A stretch of DNA of 64,000 nt from an uncultured Gammaproteobacteria bacterium (lineage in GTDB: Bacteria > Patescibacteriota > Microgenomatia > Levybacterales > UBA12049), in NCBI GenBank assembly GCA_964507055.1, contig CAZDOJ010000001.1:465313-529312 (forward strand), written 5' to 3'. The notes under the pieces were generated by a model. That model did no database searches, was not told the origin of the DNA, and saw nothing but the letters and a program-made list of their open reading frames with translations. Shown one piece after another: positions 45,766 through 56,466 of the stretch. The position numbers and the translations under genes are program-made. Each line of letters opens with the position of its first letter. The stretch's first letter is position 1.

Positions 45766-46329
45766 ATGCAACAACTTCATCCGAAGGTATTAATACTTTT
45801 TTTCATTAAGAATTTTCTTGCGACTTTCTATGTCGTACCTATATGGTTTATTGCTGCTGCAATCTTCCAACAGGTATGGGCTGAGAATATAGCGTTTTTG
45901 CCTTTAGATGACGTTGTTTTTATTCTCTATGGTGCAGGTGTTATATTTTTCGCGATGCTTATCTTTGCTTGTTATTATTGGGCTACATTAAGTTTTACGA
46001 ATTATTCATATGAATTGCAAAATGATGGTCTTCATATAAACCGTGGAGTCATTTTTAAAAAGCATATTACAATTGGATATAATCAAATCTCCAACATTCT
46101 CTTATATGTAAATCCCATCGTTGTAAAGACATTAGGGTTATATAATCTTACTATTAAAACGCGACAGCAGGAAAATACTGCAGGAATATTTAATAAATCT
46201 ATCTCCGAAGAAATCTCAGGATTAACAGCAGAAGCAGCCCAACAATTACGAAACGAATTAATCAAACTTTCTCATGTACAGGCAATCCAACATAAATTCT
46301 TCGATCCAATCTCTGGTAAGTATCGATAA
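45766..46329 (+). CDS. Membrane protein with a bacterial PH domain (YdbS-like)
   Basis: Two TM then ..GLHINRGVIFKKHITIGYNQISNI.. Confidence 0.5.
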   Translation: MQQLHPKVLILFFIKNFLATFYVVPIWFIAAAIFQQVWAENIAFLPLDDVVFILYGAGVIFFAMLIFACYYWATLSFTNYSYELQNDGLHINRGVIFKKHITIGYNQISNILLYVNPIVVKTLGLYNLTIKTRQQENTAGIFNKSISEEISGLTAEAAQQLRNELIKLSHVQAIQHKFFDPISGKYR

Positions 46330-46349
46330 TAAAGAACATCAACACTTGA

Positions 46350-47675
<1,326 letters not shown>

Positions 47676-47677
47676 TT

Positions 47678-47983
47678 CTATTTCTTCTTTAAAGCTTTTC
47701 TTTCAGCAGGTGTTTTACCTCCTAAAATACCATAAGTTATATTATTCTTCATTGCATGTCCTAAGCAACCTTCGACAACAGGACACGCAGCACAAATAGA
47801 TTTGGCTTTCCCTACGGCTTCAATCTTTTTTTTACCTTTTAAAGGGTCACCTTTTGCATCCTGTCCAAAGAAAGCCTCATCTACTGCATCTGCCGACATA
47901 GTCGAACAAGTACCACGCTCTCCTAAATCTGGACTGCCTTTCACAATTCTGTAAAGTAAGCCTAATTCTGTAAATTCTTTCAT
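47678..47983 (-). CDS. WhiB-like (Wbl) Fe-S transcription factor
   Basis: 101 aa. Cys pattern C-x37-C-x2-C-x5-C (..GTCSTM.. ..ICAACPVVEGC..) and GILGGKT (GVWGG-like). Confidence 0.6.
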   Translation of the reverse strand: MKEFTELGLLYRIVKGSPDLGERGTCSTMSADAVDEAFFGQDAKGDPLKGKKKIEAVGKAKSICAACPVVEGCLGHAMKNNITYGILGGKTPAERKALKKK

Positions 47984-48051
47984 AGGTCGCTATTTTACCA
48001 TAATTTTCCTCATTGTCATTTTATCTACTTACTATTACAATGTAGAGGAAA

Positions 48052-49053
48052 ATGATTAAGGCGAAACGGCAGGCAAAAACCACCTTAAAACCCCGTAAAC
48101 AAGAACACTATTTAAGAAAATACACATTTAATTTTGTGTCTCAGAGTGCGGTGATTATACTCGTTGTGGCCTTCTTTGGTTTCGAAATATTTTTGGCTCC
48201 AGCAGCAACAGCGGATCAACTTCCTATCACCAAACCGACCAATGTAACAATCGCATCAAATCTTTTAACCACTCCTACTCCTGAACCCACAATTTCTCTT
48301 CCATTAATGGATGAACTATCAGATTCATTGGAACAACAGATAACTTCCGAAGCTGCAAAAATAGGACCAAATCAAGAATCAACAGATTATTGCATGAATG
48401 TCCCAGTAGTTATGTATCATCATGTCCAACCGTTGGATATGTCAGATTTGCTTGGACACAAAGCACTTACTTTGGACAGTACAATCTTTGATGAACAAAT
48501 GCAGTATCTTTCAGAGCATGGATATAAAGCTCTTGCAGCAGAAGATTTAGTTCACGCATTACAGAACAGACAACCTCTCCCTGAAAAAAGTATTATCATC
48601 ACAATCGATGACGGTTATGATGACAATTACACCTATGCATTTATGACTGCAAAAAAATATCATATGATTATGAATTTTATGATCCCAACTGGACTGATAG
48701 GTAAATCAGGCTATATGCAATGGGATCACTTAAAAGAAATGCATGCGAATCCTTATGCACGAATTTATAATCATACAACTTCTCATGCACCACTGGGCTT
48801 AATTACAAAAGAACAAATTATGATGGAAGTCAAAACAGCAAATGAACAATTGGCTGCGGAGCTAGGATTAGATAACAAAATAGTTACCTATCCATATGGC
48901 TCTTATGATGATGAGGCAGTTAAGGATCTAAAGGAACTTGGTATGACAGCGGCATTTACAACTGATATGGGAACAGAACATTGTCTCTCAAATATTATGC
49001 AGCTCCCACGACTTCGTATAGGAAATGCTCCTATGAATACTTATGGATTCTAG
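48052..49053 (+). CDS. Polysaccharide deacetylase (CE4 / NodB domain), membrane anchored
   Basis: VPVVMYHHV, ITIDDGYDDNY, YPYGSYDD. TTGTCA-17-TACAAT promoter 10 nt upstream. Confidence 0.8.
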   Translation: MIKAKRQAKTTLKPRKQEHYLRKYTFNFVSQSAVIILVVAFFGFEIFLAPAATADQLPITKPTNVTIASNLLTTPTPEPTISLPLMDELSDSLEQQITSEAAKIGPNQESTDYCMNVPVVMYHHVQPLDMSDLLGHKALTLDSTIFDEQMQYLSEHGYKALAAEDLVHALQNRQPLPEKSIIITIDDGYDDNYTYAFMTAKKYHMIMNFMIPTGLIGKSGYMQWDHLKEMHANPYARIYNHTTSHAPLGLITKEQIMMEVKTANEQLAAELGLDNKIVTYPYGSYDDEAVKDLKELGMTAAFTTDMGTEHCLSNIMQLPRLRIGNAPMNTYGF

Positions 49054-50294
49054 GTCAAGAATTCCATATCCCGAACTCCTCCAAAAGCAATTCTATCAAT
49101 AATGAGACTATCCATATCAGCCATCGTACCAGGAACAACTGTAAACTCACCATATTTATCATTAAGCACATCGGCCGCATCTGCTACCTTACGGGCTTTT
49201 GAAGAATCTTCCTCAAAAATCATAAGTTGCCGACTATCATAATCTGATAGTGCATAACAAGAAACTCCCAGCTGAGACACTTTCTTGATTTCAGGCTGAG
49301 CCTTAAAGATTTTCATGGCATGACGGTAAAGATCAAGAGTTGTATATAATTCGGTATGCATAAGCTGTCCTCTATGCCATGAAGAATAATCTCGATAATG
49401 AAACCACATATGAATACCATGTGCCACCAATCCTTTTTTCCTCAATCGCCTTCCCATTTTTTCGCAAAGCTTCATGATTAATCGTGATAACTCTCGTCGA
49501 TCATCAATAGCAATCTTGATTGCGTACTGATGTCCAATTGATTTTGTCGGAAAATCTCGTTGATCAGCTTCATAGCCTCGCAACTTTTCAAACCAGCGAC
49601 TCCCCACAATACTTCGGAAAACATCCTTATGCAATTTCTCCCCGGACGCATGAAAAAAATCTAAAGGAGTTACTATGCCATGTGCATTTAACCGTGCTTG
49701 GTATCTGACATTAATGCCACAGAAATCAAGTAATGTTGCTTCTTTATATGTTTGGAGAAGATTTGTGTGATCAATGACTGTTAAGCCATCAGGCTTATGA
49801 AGTGTTGCCCCCAACTTTGCCAAGAACATATTGGTGGAGATGCCGATACTACATCTAATCCACTCACCTATCTCAACTTTCATTCGTGATTTTATTTCAT
49901 GGGCAATGCCAATAAGATCTGGTCGCAAATGGTATGCATCTCGGAAATCCAAAATTGCCTCATCAATAGATTTGGCAGTAACCTCAGGAGTGTATGTTTG
50001 GAAAATACGCATGAATCGTTGATGCACATCTCTATATTTAGGAGGATCTGGTGTACGGACGACAACATCAGCAGATATATCCTGAGCATCTTGCACACGC
50101 ATTCCCATTTTTATACCCATGGCTTTTGCTTCAATCGATGGAGCAAGTATAAAGGCATTTGGAGTACCATATGCGGCAACAACAACTGGTTTGCCTCGAA
50201 GAAGTGGATTTGCTTGCTGCTCAATTGATGCAAAGCAAGAATTAAGATCTATATGCATGAGTAGCGGTTTTTCGCGATTAATTAGGGTTTCCAT
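49050..50294 (-). CDS. dinB: DNA polymerase IV (Y-family)
   Basis: LMHIDLNSCFASIEQ N-terminus. 414 aa. Confidence 0.9.
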   Translation of the reverse strand: METLINREKPLLMHIDLNSCFASIEQQANPLLRGKPVVVAAYGTPNAFILAPSIEAKAMGIKMGMRVQDAQDISADVVVRTPDPPKYRDVHQRFMRIFQTYTPEVTAKSIDEAILDFRDAYHLRPDLIGIAHEIKSRMKVEIGEWIRCSIGISTNMFLAKLGATLHKPDGLTVIDHTNLLQTYKEATLLDFCGINVRYQARLNAHGIVTPLDFFHASGEKLHKDVFRSIVGSRWFEKLRGYEADQRDFPTKSIGHQYAIKIAIDDRRELSRLIMKLCEKMGRRLRKKGLVAHGIHMWFHYRDYSSWHRGQLMHTELYTTLDLYRHAMKIFKAQPEIKKVSQLGVSCYALSDYDSRQLMIFEEDSSKARKVADAADVLNDKYGEFTVVPGTMADMDSLIIDRIAFGGVRDMEFLT

Positions 50295-50577
50295 CAGATA
50301 CCTCCTCTAATATCCAGTGCAAGGTATCAGGATCATGCTTCAAACGAAACGCTAAGGTATCGGAGCAAACATGAAAGACATGAAAGACCGTACGGCCCTC
50401 ACGAACCTTATGGTGATACCCGACCTTCGTAATGAGATAATCCCGACCGTTCCATCTAATCTTATATGGAGCGACTTTCCCCTCGTGCTGTCTGTAGATT
50501 GTAATAACATCAATTTTCTCATGTATTTTTTCTAACATTGTGTTGCATGAATTCTCACTTGTCCGTCTCGCTACCAT
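50278..50577 (-). CDS. Small hypothetical protein between lexA and dinB. Possible Y-polymerase accessory (YolD-like position).
   Basis: 99 aa. Overlaps the dinB start. Same strand as lexA and dinB. Confidence 0.4.
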   Translation of the reverse strand: MVARRTSENSCNTMLEKIHEKIDVITIYRQHEGKVAPYKIRWNGRDYLITKVGYHHKVREGRTVFHVFHVCSDTLAFRLKHDPDTLHWILEEVSDGNPN

Positions 50578-50718
50578 TGTTTTGAAATAATCTATACTTG
50601 GATTCGGATTCTTCAGTTACCGATTTTGTGGTTCCGGCAAAATCGACCACTGATGAAGGTATACCAAAAAATAGAATATATCGTTAGCGAGACGGGCAAC
50701 AAAGAACTGCCCATACTA

Positions 50719-51294
50719 TTACAAGTACTTCCGGATAACACTTACTACTACTCCACCAATTTCAAGACTTTCTCTCGGATGAATAATAGGATAATCTTTA
50801 TTTGCAGGAACTAATTCAACCTTTCCGTTACGTTTGAAATAATATTTAACTGTCCATTCGTTATCAACAATAGCAGCGACAATGTCTCCATTTTTTGGAA
50901 TCTTATTGGGATCAACGATAATCTTATCTCCTTCACCAATAAGTGCTTCGATCATCGAATCACCAGAAACAGTCAGAAAATAGATATCTCCTTGCACATC
51001 ATATAAATACCGGAATAAATCAATGTTATCGTGATGAGCTTCAAATGCAGGCATTGGATAACCTGCTTTAATTGTCCCCAGATGGGGAATTGCGAAGAGA
51101 TTTTTAGGAAGGAGTTTACCCTTTTCTCCTTTCTCCAAAATCCCTGCTTCTATTAATTTGGATATCAATTTAAAACTCGCGTTCTTTGATGAAAAACCAA
51201 AGAGTTCAGTCATTTCTTCATAGGTTGGAAGCCTTTTTTCAAAGCGATAAAATTTTCGGAGTTTCTTGATGGCATCGTCAATTCTCATAAGCAT
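50719..51294 (-). CDS. lexA: LexA repressor (S24 peptidase)
   Basis: SGDSM Ser site and the Lys in VKYYFK. Start moved to MLMRIDD because the SOS box and promoter lie inside the longer ORF. Confidence 0.85.
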   Translation of the reverse strand: MLMRIDDAIKKLRKFYRFEKRLPTYEEMTELFGFSSKNASFKLISKLIEAGILEKGEKGKLLPKNLFAIPHLGTIKAGYPMPAFEAHHDNIDLFRYLYDVQGDIYFLTVSGDSMIEALIGEGDKIIVDPNKIPKNGDIVAAIVDNEWTVKYYFKRNGKVELVPANKDYPIIHPRESLEIGGVVVSVIRKYL

Positions 51295-51327
51295 TTTGGT
51301 GAACAACTGTTTACCAACATTAATATA

Positions 51328-51347
51328 CAGTGAACAGATGTTCACTG
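51328..51347. promoter_or_regulatory. LexA (Cheo-type) SOS box CAGTGAACAGATGTTCACTG within the lexA promoter
   Basis: Perfect GAAC-N4-GTTC core in a 20-bp palindrome. It lies between the minus-strand -35 TTGACA and -10 TATATT. Confidence 0.7.
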
Positions 51348-51811
51348 TCAATACCCTCTTCTTTATTCTTACATTTGTACAAAAAAACTAACCTAGTCCT
51401 CTATTTCAAAGCTAGTTCCGGTCAGCTTTGTTGACAGATTAGAGATTCAGTACTATACTAATAGTGGATTTAATCTTAACTCCAAATATTTTGCCCCTCC
51501 TTTTTAAGGATCGACAAGATTATTTACTTTTGGTTAAGACGTTGTAATTGAGCTCTAACATTTGGATATACATATAATGAAGGTTGAGAATGCTGTGAAT
51601 AGTTTGTAGGTCACATACTCCCGCTAAGCGAGAAAAGCTTCTGATCCTTTGTTGGGCAGTAAATATACTATAATACTCTACTTGAGTGTGGATTTTTTTG
51701 TAATTCTAAACTCTAGCCTCTTCTATAACAGCATTAGTTGTTCATCTGATTAACTATAAGCTAAATTGCCCTGTTGACATTATGATGTATGAGTTGTACA
51801 ATAAAATTGTA

Positions 51812-51830
51812 AGAACTTTGAAAGAGTTCT
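51812..51830. promoter_or_regulatory. Inverted repeat AGAACT-N7-AGTTCT between the promoter and the start codon of the 303-aa gene
   Basis: Downstream of TTGACA-17-TACAAT (51774-51802). Operator-like. Confidence 0.3.
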
Positions 51831-51843
51831 ACAAATTTATATT

Positions 51844-52755
51844 ATGCCAGCAAATTTAGCCGAAAGAGGAATATCCCTAGCTGCTTTACAAGCACGCCAG
51901 AAGCAAAGCGAAGCAAGACTTGACGCACATAGAGACGGAGTCTCGTTAACCAAATCACTTTTAGGTGCATCTTATGATAGATATGGTAATGTTGAAGACC
52001 ATCGAAAAGAACAAGGACTAGTTGTAGCAAATACTTCCCTAACCGAACTTGTTACTCAAGGTAAAAAACTCGAAAGAGCTTTTGATGGAGAAGTCAGACT
52101 TCCACAAGTTCCTGATGTTTTACTTGACCCAGAAGGCGTAAAAACACTTACTGATGCAAAGCTTCGTCCAGTGATGATTCCTGGATTTGAAGGATTGGAT
52201 CCGAAAGAATTAGCAAGAATAAGTGAAGGCAAACCAAGCAGATTTGATAGAGTATTGCCAAGAGATTACTTAGAAGGTGTCGCAAGTGGAGAATTTCCTC
52301 GACCAGGAGCTGAACCATATATACTTTATGTTGACGGAGTAGTAAACCCTAAGCCTGATGGTACAGCACCAACAACTCGACTTTCTACAGAAGCAGGTTT
52401 AGGAAATTTAGCACACACGCCTATAGTTGATGTTAAACGAACAGTACGACGGACAGGTCAGCAAGCCTTAAGTAATTTAGGATTGGATTCTTCTGCCTTG
52501 ACAGTCAAGCCAATAAGTACAAGAGAAGCAGGAATTGTTGCTGCAATCAAAGGTCAACGAAAAGAAGTTGTAACGAATACAAGAATCTTTGGAACAGATA
52601 CACATGTCGTCTTTGAAGGAGATGGTGTAAGAACTACAGACGGAACACAAAATGGAACTCCACCAAGATTAACTGTTGTTGAAAATGACATAATACGTCC
52701 AGAGAGATATTTACCATCCGCTGCGAGAAGAAGAGCAAGAGCCGCAAAGCAATAA
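51844..52755 (+). CDS. Hypothetical protein, GC-richer, Arg-rich C-terminus
   Basis: 303 aa with no recognisable motif. Confidence 0.45.
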   Translation: MPANLAERGISLAALQARQKQSEARLDAHRDGVSLTKSLLGASYDRYGNVEDHRKEQGLVVANTSLTELVTQGKKLERAFDGEVRLPQVPDVLLDPEGVKTLTDAKLRPVMIPGFEGLDPKELARISEGKPSRFDRVLPRDYLEGVASGEFPRPGAEPYILYVDGVVNPKPDGTAPTTRLSTEAGLGNLAHTPIVDVKRTVRRTGQQALSNLGLDSSALTVKPISTREAGIVAAIKGQRKEVVTNTRIFGTDTHVVFEGDGVRTTDGTQNGTPPRLTVVENDIIRPERYLPSAARRRARAAKQ

Positions 52756-52811
52756 AACAAGCTCAACCTTCCGATTAAGCTTGTTTTACAATGATTCCTT
52801 CCAATCAGACA

Positions 52812-53081
52812 TTATACCCTTCTGTGAGTAAACGTTCTGTAAAGCCACAAAAGAACGACTGATCCGAGAAGTGCGACGATAAAACTATATAAGTTAAATC
52901 CACTAACTCCTGTTTGGCCGAATGCATTCATGATGAAACCACCTAAGAACGCACCAACGATACCAACAATGATATTTCCGAGAATACCTTGTTGTGCATC
53001 AGTTCCCATTACCATGGAAGCGATCCAACCAACAATTCCTCCGAAAACTACATAAAGTAACAAATCCATATTATCTCTCAC
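52812..53081 (-). CDS. GlsB/YeaQ/YmgE-family stress membrane protein
   Basis: ..VVFGGIVGWIASMVMG.. Likely start at MDLLLY. Confidence 0.7.
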   Translation of the reverse strand: MRDNMDLLLYVVFGGIVGWIASMVMGTDAQQGILGNIIVGIVGAFLGGFIMNAFGQTGVSGFNLYSFIVALLGSVVLLWLYRTFTHRRV

Positions 53082-53169
53082 CTCCTTTCGTTTTGTTTAT
53101 CATAAAACTATCTTAACTGTAGGCAGTAAGAAACGGATGAGCCACTTGTAAGAAGAATATGAGAATTTA

Positions 53170-53991
53170 CTAATACGAAGCTTCAGAAGAACAAAGTCCG
53201 CGAACTTCAAGCATGATACGGTCCCGATCAATCTTGGAAAGGTACAACATATCCAAAAGATCTGGATGATCGAGGATATCTTTACATAAGACTATATGGT
53301 TTTCAAGAAGTGTTGTTTTTTGGGATTGAGAAAGTGAAGTGACCATCGTAATAGGATGCAATCCAGAACGCTCAATCATCTCACGGAGACTATTCCCTGC
53401 TGGATAATCCCAACTGATAATCTTCATACCTGTACATTGAGCGTATGTGTTAGCATCCACTGTCGTCTTAGTATTGGTGACAATCCATGCTTCATGGATT
53501 GGGTTGCGGAATTTTACATCTTCGAATCGGGCATGTGTATATAAAGCAACTTGAATTTCTGAACGTGTACCAGGACTGTTGTGGAATTTTGCTTCGATTG
53601 CGGCAGTTCTCCCATCTTTATCAGCAAGAATATCTATTTCATGGGTTACACATCGTCCGGCAAGAACCTGACGAACTTGCGTATTGTAGCCCTCTGATTC
53701 AAGTAATTTAGCGACAAAATCCTCAAATGGGTAACCACTCGGTCCAAGCATCATAATAGCCTCTTTAAGACTGTAGCGGGCTTTAATATATGGTGAAGGA
53801 GACTGATTAAGAAACTCCATGATATGTTGATAGATCTCAGCTGTAGAAATACCATCATAGAGTTTGCGTTTAACATGACTAAGCACTTCTCCTTGAAGCG
53901 ATTGCGGAATTCGTGCTCGACGAATAGAGTCCATAACTTTATGCTCACTAAATGGTTCATACCTTCTATCCGCTTTGATAACATGGATCAT
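53170..53991 (-). CDS. ATP-cone domain fused to a restriction-endonuclease-like (Mrr_cat) domain
   Basis: N-terminus MIHVIKADRRYEPFSEHKVMDSIRRA (ATP-cone). Central ..FEDFVAKLLESEGY...HEIDILADKDGRTAAIEAKF (D..E.K nuclease core). Confidence 0.65.
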   Translation of the reverse strand: MIHVIKADRRYEPFSEHKVMDSIRRARIPQSLQGEVLSHVKRKLYDGISTAEIYQHIMEFLNQSPSPYIKARYSLKEAIMMLGPSGYPFEDFVAKLLESEGYNTQVRQVLAGRCVTHEIDILADKDGRTAAIEAKFHNSPGTRSEIQVALYTHARFEDVKFRNPIHEAWIVTNTKTTVDANTYAQCTGMKIISWDYPAGNSLREMIERSGLHPITMVTSLSQSQKTTLLENHIVLCKDILDHPDLLDMLYLSKIDRDRIMLEVRGLCSSEASY

Positions 53992-54039
53992 ACATTAAGT
54001 ATAAAAAAGACGAGGTATTAAAGTCAAAGAGTAGTCGGC

Positions 54040-56421
54040 TTAATTACGATCATAAACCACAAATCCATCACGATTGACGATCCTTTTATAGTTTTTATTC
54101 TTTTCCATTGCTGCAATTGTTGTATCTGCATAACTGTCTTTATCAGAGATTATGACCATATCCGCATGATCAATACCATATGGTAAGACATATATAACCT
54201 CACGTTGTGAAAGGTGTGAACCAATATTGTTAGAAGCAGAAACTGTATAATCCTGTGGAATTTTGCTTAAGAAGTAATCAATGAATGCTCTATCAGGGAA
54301 AGGACGATTGAACATGGCAGTATTTGGTTCCTTTGAGCCAGGCAATGGGCCAAAGGAGTGAGCTGTATATAATGTATTGTAAAGAACGTAGACAATAACT
54401 AGACAAGTAATGGTAACCCCTGAAGCAATATTATATTTCTTCTCAAAGTTCTTTAAGAAGATACTCTTTTGCCCAAGCTTCTGGATAACCCAAATCCCAT
54501 AGATCGCACTCAAGAAAATAAAAGGTGTCATCGTAGCAGTATATTGATAATAAATTTGATATAAATTGCTATTACTACTAAGTAAACTAATCAATAAATC
54601 AGGCCCTGCAAATATCAAGAAGAATGGAAATACATATGACAGATAGCCAAGTGGTGAAAAAATTTGTGTAATAAAGTGGTATCGATCAGGTTCAAGAACT
54701 TTCATAAGGACTTTATCTGGAGACAAGATAATTGCCTTTGCGATATCAGTGGTACTGCTACCAAAACCTGAATAATACTCTAGTGCAAAGTGATTTGATC
54801 CATGGGCTGCAGGGATTGCATGTTCAAGAAGGAAGAAGAACATCGCAGTGCTAATAACAAATATTCCTAAACCAAGAATCCACTTTCGATGATGAATCGT
54901 TACCAGTAAACCAAACAAAGCAATAATCAACCAAATCTGCTCTTTACAAATTGCTGCCAACAAAGCAAAAACGATAAATAAGACATACTTTCGTTTAAGA
55001 TAAAAATAGAATGTCGCAAGAAGAAACGTCGTAGCCAAAACTACCGCATGAAAATCATAGATATTCGCACGCTGTACACTCGGATTGATGAGATAAGCAA
55101 AAGCCATTACGACTGCAATATTTTTATTCTTCAAGACATCCTTTGCGATAAGAAAAACGAAATATGCTCCAATCGCAATAACTACGGCTTGAATAAATAA
55201 TAGTGTCCTCGGATCCTGCCACAAAGCATATAGTGGAGCGAGTAGAACAAGGATAAAGTCTGCATGAAATGCCAAACGCGAAACCTGCCCGACACTATCA
55301 GGATTGGTCATGATAAAGAAATTGCCATGAAGTGTATTCCAGACTGTTTGGACCATATTCCCCAAATCAAATCTGCCTGTATAGTAATTGTTGTATCGCA
55401 TGATAGAAACAGCCGATATGTACACTGCATAGATAACACTCAAAAACATAACGATAAGTTCATGTGGATGACTATAAACCCATTTTTCAACCCTGAGAAC
55501 GAAGCTATTTTTTGTTTTATGCCAGAGGTAGACAAATAAGATAAATACCAATTCCGCCACGATGAGCATAATTCGAGTGAAGATTGCAGCAAATGCAGCG
55601 AGTCCCGAAGTAACGATCTGTGAGAGAGCATAAATCGTTATCCCCTCTCGCACACCAAAACCTGCAGGAGTAATAATCGAAAGATATCCTGCGACAAAGG
55701 CAAAAGCAAAAACACCAATCAATTCCCAAACAAGCAAAGGATCAGTGCCAAAGGTTGCACTCATTACAAGATAATTACCCAAACCGAAAAAGAAGAGACT
55801 GCATGCACTTATAAAGATCATTAGAAGACTTTCTGAAGCTGGAAACGATGGGAGAACAAATTCTAAAATCGATTTAACTTTTCCCGAAAAATAGTTCGTT
55901 ACCGTACGGTTGAAACTGTACACAAGAATACCAAGACTCATTACTCCCCATGCAATCCAGATTGTTTCATCTGCAATATCTTTCACAAAATACGGAAGTG
56001 AAAGAAGTGAGACGATAAGACTTCCCAAAACAAATAGCTCTGCTTCAATAATTAACCCTTTCCCCACATCTTTTTTCTTTACACCTTTCTTTTCAAATAA
56101 AATAGTTCTCCCCAAGAAGGACCAGACATTACCAGGTATATAGCGTTTAAGTTCTGATATAGACCACATATAACCAGATTCTTTAAGAGGGATCTTATAT
56201 CCATAATTTTTGATAATACGATGCCAGATCAGACTCCGAAGTAAATAGAAAATCACTAGACAAAGTATCCCGGTCGCAAGAAGAAATGGTTGGATTGTTT
56301 GCACGTTTGGAAGGATGGAAGGAGCTTGATCAAAAAGGATTTTGCCAATAAAGAAAAATGCGATTACTGAAAGTGGCCACCCAATGACGAATTTCAGGAT
56401 TGAATAGAGCTGAGACTTCAT
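54040..56421 (-). CDS. Fusion membrane protein: N-terminal UPF0104 flippase-like (LPG-synthase TM) domain plus C-terminal DUF2079
   Basis: 793 aa with about 20 TM. N-terminus ..GWPLSVIAFFFIGKIL.., C-terminal half resembling DUF2079 with a soluble tail. Confidence 0.6.
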   Translation of the reverse strand: MKSQLYSILKFVIGWPLSVIAFFFIGKILFDQAPSILPNVQTIQPFLLATGILCLVIFYLLRSLIWHRIIKNYGYKIPLKESGYMWSISELKRYIPGNVWSFLGRTILFEKKGVKKKDVGKGLIIEAELFVLGSLIVSLLSLPYFVKDIADETIWIAWGVMSLGILVYSFNRTVTNYFSGKVKSILEFVLPSFPASESLLMIFISACSLFFFGLGNYLVMSATFGTDPLLVWELIGVFAFAFVAGYLSIITPAGFGVREGITIYALSQIVTSGLAAFAAIFTRIMLIVAELVFILFVYLWHKTKNSFVLRVEKWVYSHPHELIVMFLSVIYAVYISAVSIMRYNNYYTGRFDLGNMVQTVWNTLHGNFFIMTNPDSVGQVSRLAFHADFILVLLAPLYALWQDPRTLLFIQAVVIAIGAYFVFLIAKDVLKNKNIAVVMAFAYLINPSVQRANIYDFHAVVLATTFLLATFYFYLKRKYVLFIVFALLAAICKEQIWLIIALFGLLVTIHHRKWILGLGIFVISTAMFFFLLEHAIPAAHGSNHFALEYYSGFGSSTTDIAKAIILSPDKVLMKVLEPDRYHFITQIFSPLGYLSYVFPFFLIFAGPDLLISLLSSNSNLYQIYYQYTATMTPFIFLSAIYGIWVIQKLGQKSIFLKNFEKKYNIASGVTITCLVIVYVLYNTLYTAHSFGPLPGSKEPNTAMFNRPFPDRAFIDYFLSKIPQDYTVSASNNIGSHLSQREVIYVLPYGIDHADMVIISDKDSYADTTIAAMEKNKNYKRIVNRDGFVVYDRN

Positions 56422-56466
56422 GGGTGTATTGTACTTGTTTGGCTGAGATTTGTAAATTTACACAAC

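Noticed and set aside
51812-51830. Second LexA box
   Set aside because: The GAAC and GTTC arms are separated by 9 nt, not 4. It is therefore recorded only as a generic operator-like inverted repeat.
51842-52030. 62-aa minus-strand ORF
   Set aside because: It is antisense to the N-terminus of the 303-aa gene, which has a consensus promoter.
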